A stretch of DNA of 64,000 bases from an uncultured delta proteobacterium (GTDB lineage: Bacteria; Myxococcota_A; Polyangia; Polyangiales; Polyangiaceae), in NCBI GenBank assembly GCA_963850305.1, contig CAWKKR010000007.1, positions 480,001 to 544,000 of the forward strand, in the 5' to 3' direction. The notes under the pieces are model-generated. The model worked only from the letters and a program-made list of their open reading frames with translations, ran no database searches and was not told where the DNA came from. Each line of letters opens with the position of its first letter. The first letter of the stretch is position 1. Shown here piece by piece: positions 59,194 through 64,000 of the stretch. The translations under genes were made by a program, and so were the position numbers.

Positions 59194-60156
59194 ATGGTCG
59201 TCCCCGGCGGATGGAGCGACCCTAGGGGGGACGTGCCGGGTTTCTTCGACTTCACCATTAAGAGGGCTCTCGGTTGCTCGACCCTCGTCGTGTGCGCCTT
59301 GTCGACGCCGTTCGCGAATCCGACGCCAGCCGAGTCGGCGACCCTCGCCGCGGCTCGTCCCGCCGTGCGGCAAGGATCCTTCATTACCGACCACACGAAC
59401 GCTCCGAGTCGAGCTTCCCCGGACGGGGAAAGTTTCGCCCATGTCACGACTGTGGAAGCGCGAGTCGCGTCGGTCAACGACTTTGCTCGAGAGTTCGCGC
59501 CCGATGCCGTTCGCGTCGGCTCGGCGTCTCTGGGTAGCCCGAATCGCGGCTTCTTGGTGAACGGCGTTCAGATGCCCGACGGACCCTACTGGCGCGTGCT
59601 CGACCGGGACCGTGCGTGGGGAACCGCTGAGACCATAACGTCGCTCCTGAATGCGATCGGGCGTGTGCACGCAGCGTTCCCCGATTCACCCGCGCTCTAC
59701 GTCGGCAACATCTCCGCAGAGGATGGCGGCTATTTGAGGCCGCACCATAGCCACCAATCGGGACGCGACGCGGATCTCGGCTACTACTACTTCGAGGGAT
59801 CACGCTGGTACGCGCGCGTGAACGCCAGGAATCTCGATCGCCCACGAACATGGGCTCTCGTGAAGGCTCTCCTGTCGGATCCGAACGTCGAAGACTTGTT
59901 CATGGATCGCTTCGTTCAGAACCTACTCCGGAGCTATGCCAAGCAAGTGGGCGAGGACCCGGAGTTCGTGGCTGGCGCCTTCGATGGCGGACTTGGGCAG
60001 GAGAAGCGTGTGTTTCACGCGTGGGGACATCTCACTCACATGCACGTGCGTTTCCGCTGTCCGCGCGCCGTCGCGGCAGGCGTCGGGACCATCGGGGTTT
60101 CCCGCCAGTCGCGCACCGTCGTGCGGAGCGCTCATCGCCATGGACGACGAACGTGA
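59194..60156 (+). CDS. Penicillin-insensitive murein endopeptidase (MepA-like)
   Basis: SLGSPNRGFLVNG, AWGT, GNIS, HHSHQSGRDAD and HMHVRF. Start is uncertain. Confidence 0.8.
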   Translation: MVVPGGWSDPRGDVPGFFDFTIKRALGCSTLVVCALSTPFANPTPAESATLAAARPAVRQGSFITDHTNAPSRASPDGESFAHVTTVEARVASVNDFAREFAPDAVRVGSASLGSPNRGFLVNGVQMPDGPYWRVLDRDRAWGTAETITSLLNAIGRVHAAFPDSPALYVGNISAEDGGYLRPHHSHQSGRDADLGYYYFEGSRWYARVNARNLDRPRTWALVKALLSDPNVEDLFMDRFVQNLLRSYAKQVGEDPEFVAGAFDGGLGQEKRVFHAWGHLTHMHVRFRCPRAVAAGVGTIGVSRQSRTVVRSAHRHGRRT

Positions 60157-60929
60157 AAAGCGTCGCCCATGCGCAGGTCTCCGCCGCGATCTCGGTGTTG
60201 CTCGTCGTGGCTTGCGGCTCCGGTGGCGGAGACGCGGCCGGGTCGAACGACCACGCGTCGTCAGGCGGCAGCACATCATCGGTTCCCGGTTCTGGAGGAG
60301 CGTCGCAGGCCGAATCATGCGATTCGGAGCCCGTGCACACGGGGCAAGCGACGTATTACTCGACCGCCGATGGTTCCGGGAATTGCAGCTTCGATCCGAC
60401 TCCTGACGATCTGATGGTGGGTGCCATGAACGCCGTGGACTACGCGGACTCGGCAGTGTGCGGCGGCTGCGCCCACATCGTCGGGCCGAGTGGGGACATC
60501 ACGATACGCATCGTCGACCAGTGTCCGGAATGCCCGCAAGGCAACATCGACTTGAGTCCCGAGGCCTTCGACGGAATCGCCCAGCGCTCGCTCGGGCGCG
60601 TCGCCATCCAGTGGACGTACGTCGCCTGCGCCGTCACCGGCGACGTCTCGTATCGTTTCAAGGAAGGCAGCAGCCAGTATTGGACCGCCGTACAGGTCCG
60701 AAATCATCGCTATCGCGTGGCGAAGTTCGAATACGAAAAGAGTGGTGCGTTCGTGAACGTGACCCGGCAAGACTACAACTACTTCGTCGAACCGAACGGC
60801 ATGGGACCCGGCCCGTACGCGTTCCGCGTGACGGATGTGTACGGGGCCGTCGTCACGGACACCGGGATTCCGCTCGAAGTCGCACAGGTCGTTCCCGGCT
60901 CGTCGCAGTTCCCCGTCTGTTCTCGGTAG
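60153..60929 (+). CDS. Expansin (EXLX1-like) lipoprotein
   Basis: VVAC lipobox; GQATYY, GSGNCS, VDQCPEC..GNIDLSPEAF, KEGSSQYWTAVQVRNHR and YNYF. Confidence 0.9.
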   Translation: MKSVAHAQVSAAISVLLVVACGSGGGDAAGSNDHASSGGSTSSVPGSGGASQAESCDSEPVHTGQATYYSTADGSGNCSFDPTPDDLMVGAMNAVDYADSAVCGGCAHIVGPSGDITIRIVDQCPECPQGNIDLSPEAFDGIAQRSLGRVAIQWTYVACAVTGDVSYRFKEGSSQYWTAVQVRNHRYRVAKFEYEKSGAFVNVTRQDYNYFVEPNGMGPGPYAFRVTDVYGAVVTDTGIPLEVAQVVPGSSQFPVCSR

Positions 60930-60983
60930 TCCCGCATCGACGAGCAGCGTCGTCCCCGAGGGATCAAAGAGGTGCGGAACTAC
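60926..60983 (+). repeat. REP/REPIN-like palindromic element, copy 3
   Basis: GTAGTCCCGCATCGACG..CGTCGTCCCCGAGGGATCAAAGAGGTGCGGAACTAC; its TAG is the expansin stop codon. Confidence 0.8.
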
Positions 60984-61120
60984 GCAAGTGGAGCGAGCAC
61001 GCCGAAGGCGGCGGGGGAGCGGGCGCGGAGCGAGCCGCGGGGGTAAGGCTGGCAAGGACCCCCTTTCCTAGTAGCCACGGGTCACTTGCCTCGGAGGCGC
61101 CCGCATTCCGCGCCTCTGGT

Positions 61121-61615
61121 TCACTTAGCGGCCAGAGCGCGGTCGACCGCGCTCGTCAGTTCCGCGTCGAGCGGTGCCGTCGACGGTGCGAATCGGCCCA
61201 GGACGCCGCCCCGTTTGTCGATCACGAATTTTTCGAAGTTCCACACGACGTCACCTTTGCCTTTCGGCGGCGCGTCTTCATTCGTCAGGAATCCGTAAAC
61301 CGCGGCCTGTTCCGCGCCAAGGACGTGGACTTTCGAGAACAAGGGAAATGAGACCCCGTATTGCGACTCGCAGAACGCCTTGATCTCCGCTTCCGTGCCG
61401 GGTTCTTGTGCGGCGAAGTCGTTGCAGGGAAACCCCACCACGCAAAATCCGCGGTCGCGATATTTGCGGTGGAGCTCCTCGAGAGCCGCGTATTGCGGCG
61501 TCAAGCCGCAGCGCGACGCCACGTTGACGACCAGTAGCACTCTCCCGGAAAAGTCGGAGAGTTTCTGCGCGTTGCCCTCGATCGTCGTCACCGTGAAATC
61601 GTGGAGAGTCGCCAT
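61121..61615 (-). CDS. Glutathione peroxidase
   Basis: VNVASRCGLTPQY, GFPCNDF..QEPG and WNFEKF. Confidence 0.95.
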   Translation of the reverse strand: MATLHDFTVTTIEGNAQKLSDFSGRVLLVVNVASRCGLTPQYAALEELHRKYRDRGFCVVGFPCNDFAAQEPGTEAEIKAFCESQYGVSFPLFSKVHVLGAEQAAVYGFLTNEDAPPKGKGDVVWNFEKFVIDKRGGVLGRFAPSTAPLDAELTSAVDRALAAK

Positions 61616-61770
61616 GTGTGCAGCCTACCACCACTCACCGGGTCTCCGTCACGCCAGGTCTCCGTCACGACGCCCCGGATCCGGGCCAGAGGCTTCGTCG
61701 TTGGCTCTGCCCCGGTAGCTCGCCCTCGGCCTGTTTCCGCGAGACGATGTTTCGTGGTCAAGTCGCAGGA

Positions 61771-62988
61771 ATGAACGATGGCGTGCTCCATGGCGTTCGG
61801 GTCGTTGACTTTGGGCGTTACATCGCTGGCCCGTATTGCGCCGCAGTGCTCGCCGACCTCGGCGCGGACGTGATTCGCGTCGAGCGTGCGGACGGGAGTG
61901 AAGATCGGTTCCTTGCGCCGGTCACGGACGATGGCGACGGCGCGATCTTCTTGCAGTGCAATCGCGGCAAGCGGGCAATTGCATTCGACCCGTTGTCGCC
62001 GGACGGGCGGGAGATCACGCGAAGGCTCGTGGAGACGGCGGACGTGATCGTCGCGAACCTGCCTCGACGCACGCTCGCAGAGATGGGTCTCGATTTTCCC
62101 GCGCTGTCGCGGCAAAACCCCCGGGCTATCCTGACGGCGATCACGGCGTTCGGAAACCGAGGGCCGTACGCCCACCGAGTGGGCTTCGACGGCATCGGTC
62201 AGGCGATGTCGGGCGCGATGTACCTGTCAGGGACGCCCGACGCGCCGTCGAAATCCATCGCGAACTACGTCGACTTCACCACGGCCGTGTCGGCCGCTCT
62301 CGGCACCGTGGCGGCCCTCCTCGAACGGACGAGGACCGGCCGCGGTCAGCTCGTCGAGGGTTCGCTTCTCGGGTCCGCCCTCACGTTGATGAACGGCGCG
62401 CTCGCCGAAGAAGCTCTCCTCGGTATCGGGCGGGTTGGGTCCCAAAACAGAAGTCAGCTTTCGGCGCCGTCCGACACTTTCCGCACGCGAGATGGCTGGG
62501 TACTGGTCCAGACCGTCGGCCAACCGCTATTCGAACGATGGACCCGGCTCGTCGGCGAACCCGCGTGGCTCCAGGACCCCCGCTTCAAGAGCGACATCGA
62601 GCGCGGCAAGCACGGGGCGCTCTTGTGCGAGCGCATGCAAGCTTGGTGTGGCGAACGCTCGAGCGCCGTCGCGCTCGCGGAGCTCGAGGCGGCGAAGATC
62701 CCGGCCGGACCGGTGCTGTCTCCTCATGCCGCTCTCCTGGATCCCCAGGTCCAGGGCGGCGACTTCTTCGCGGCACTCGACTATCCCGGACTCGCGCGCG
62801 CGGCCCCGATTGCGAGATTGCCGTTCGAATTATCCGAAGGGGGCGTTCGTATCCGAGGCCGCGCCCCGACTCTCGGAGAGCACACCGAGCAGATCCTCGG
62901 CGAGCTTGGTTACGATGCGGCGGAGATAGAGGGGCTTCGGGACAAGACCAGGGACGGCCACACCGGCAAGCCGGTCGTCCCGCACTAG
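61771..62988 (+). CDS. CaiB/BaiF family (class III) CoA transferase
   Basis: GVRVVDFGRYIAGPY, LADLGADVIRVE, NRGKR, GFDGIGQAMSG and APTLGEHT. Confidence 0.92.
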   Translation: MNDGVLHGVRVVDFGRYIAGPYCAAVLADLGADVIRVERADGSEDRFLAPVTDDGDGAIFLQCNRGKRAIAFDPLSPDGREITRRLVETADVIVANLPRRTLAEMGLDFPALSRQNPRAILTAITAFGNRGPYAHRVGFDGIGQAMSGAMYLSGTPDAPSKSIANYVDFTTAVSAALGTVAALLERTRTGRGQLVEGSLLGSALTLMNGALAEEALLGIGRVGSQNRSQLSAPSDTFRTRDGWVLVQTVGQPLFERWTRLVGEPAWLQDPRFKSDIERGKHGALLCERMQAWCGERSSAVALAELEAAKIPAGPVLSPHAALLDPQVQGGDFFAALDYPGLARAAPIARLPFELSEGGVRIRGRAPTLGEHTEQILGELGYDAAEIEGLRDKTRDGHTGKPVVPH

Positions 62989-63083
62989 AATGGTTGCAGA
63001 GGTGCATGTTCAATTGTGGAGGGGAGCGTGCCCGTTCCGGTGGTGGGGTGACTGATTCTCGGCACTTGAACTCGCTACCTCTC

Positions 63084-63099
63084 TGGCACGAACCCTGCT
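63084..63099 (+). promoter_or_regulatory. Putative sigma54 promoter
   Basis: TGGCACG-aacc-CTGCT, close to consensus, just upstream of ORF 63113. Confidence 0.65.
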
Positions 63100-63112
63100 A
63101 TCTCGCGCGCTC

Positions 63113-63538
63113 GTGACCATGACCCTCGAACAGATTCAGTCGTCGCCCCGCGTGTCGCCAGCCCCGTACCTGGTCCTCCTGGCGGAGCCCGATGCCGATG
63201 CACGGGGCCGTCTCGGCGCGTCTCTGGAGGCGCTCGGTCCGCACGTGGTCACGCACGTCGAGGATGGGGACGAACTCGAACGCGCGTTCTTCAACCGGGG
63301 GCCGTACGACCTCGTCGTTTGTCGCTCGGCGCTCGGGGCAACGAGCGGGCTCGACGTGCTCGCAAAGGCGCGGCGCCGCGGACGCCGCTCGTCGTTCATC
63401 GTTTACTCGTCGCTCGAGGGACCGTGGCTTCGCGTGTTCGTCAGCGACTCCGACGCGACCGTGCTTTCGAGTCGCGTGGTCTCGCTCGACGGTCTCGCGC
63501 AACTCGCGAAGGGCGTGCTCGACTCCAAGCGGTGGTAG
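63113..63538 (+). CDS. Atypical single-domain receiver (CheY-like) protein
   Basis: VLLAEPD, VEDGDE, YDLVV and SGLDVL receiver-fold pattern, lacking the phospho-acceptor Asp. Confidence 0.6.
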   Translation: MTMTLEQIQSSPRVSPAPYLVLLAEPDADARGRLGASLEALGPHVVTHVEDGDELERAFFNRGPYDLVVCRSALGATSGLDVLAKARRRGRRSSFIVYSSLEGPWLRVFVSDSDATVLSSRVVSLDGLAQLAKGVLDSKRW

Positions 63539-63556
63539 GCGGGCTCCGCTGCAGTC

Positions 63557-64000
63557 TCATTGGAGCAGTGGGAACCGTCGCTCATCGTAGCCAAATTCGG
63601 TTGGGATGAGCTCCACGACCGTGTGAAGCGGGATGACGACGTAGGGACACTCATCCTGCGGTTTGCCGGTGAGATACCCGTAGAGCGCCCGTATCACGGC
63701 CTGGTGCGCGATGATCAACACGGGCGACCTCTGACGCTCGAGCTCCACGATGACCGGTTCGAGGCGCTGGACCACGTCCGCGTAGGATTCGCCGCGAGGG
63801 TACCGGTAACGGAACTTGTCGCGGGCCCGCGCGGCGAACTCGTCCGGCATCTCTTCGCGGATCTCCGGGTAGGTCATACCGTCGCACACGCCCGCGTCGA
63901 TCTCGTCCAGCGACCGCCAGGTGAACGCAGCCGTCTCGAGCGGCCCTGCGGTGGCGACCGTACGCTGCAGAGTGCTCGTCCACACCACGGGCACCCTCGG
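63557..64000 (-). CDS. Fructose-2,6-bisphosphatase-type histidine phosphatase domain (C-terminus of a probable PFK-2/FBPase-2; 5' end outside the window)
   Basis: WTSTLQRT, LDEIDAGVCDGMTY, DKFRYRYPRGESYADVVQRLEPVIVELER, HQAVIRALY and IPLHTV. Confidence 0.85.
   Translation of the reverse strand, partial: PRVPVVWTSTLQRTVATAGPLETAAFTWRSLDEIDAGVCDGMTYPEIREEMPDEFAARARDKFRYRYPRGESYADVVQRLEPVIVELERQRSPVLIIAHQAVIRALYGYLTGKPQDECPYVVIPLHTVVELIPTEFGYDERRFPLLQ

Overview
High-GC bacterial DNA of Myxococcota type (Polyangiaceae-like, judged from the many Cys- and Gly-rich lipoproteins, sigma54 systems and PilZ, Lhr and RecQ-like proteins). It is mostly mixed housekeeping and accessory genes: a biotin carboxylase (partial), a degenerate PEP-utilising enzyme operon, CapA, ComEA with a small partner, a SpoIVB-like S55 peptidase paired with a beta-propeller protein, sthA, miaE, a Fur-family regulator divergent from a dabA-dabB inorganic carbon transporter, an ndvA-like exporter, a BNR protein paired with MoaD/ThiS, an ECF sigma/anti-sigma pair, Lhr, a degenerate RecQ, a porin, a two-component system, MepA plus expansin, glutathione peroxidase, a CoA transferase and the 3' end of a eukaryote-like PFK-2/FBPase-2. 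Non-coding structure includes three dispersed GTAG-type REP-like palindromes, a 21-nt tandem array beside a gene of unknown function, a perfect 7-6-7 operator-like palindrome between the Fur gene and dabAB, and four sigma54-like promoters. At least five genes carry single-base frameshifts. Four of them, plus one repeat unit, are repaired by GATTC/GAATC->GATC, which suggests a systematic sequencing error at (possibly methylated) GATC sites. No rRNA, tRNA, CRISPR array or transposase was recognised. All product calls come from motif recognition by eye; no database search was run.
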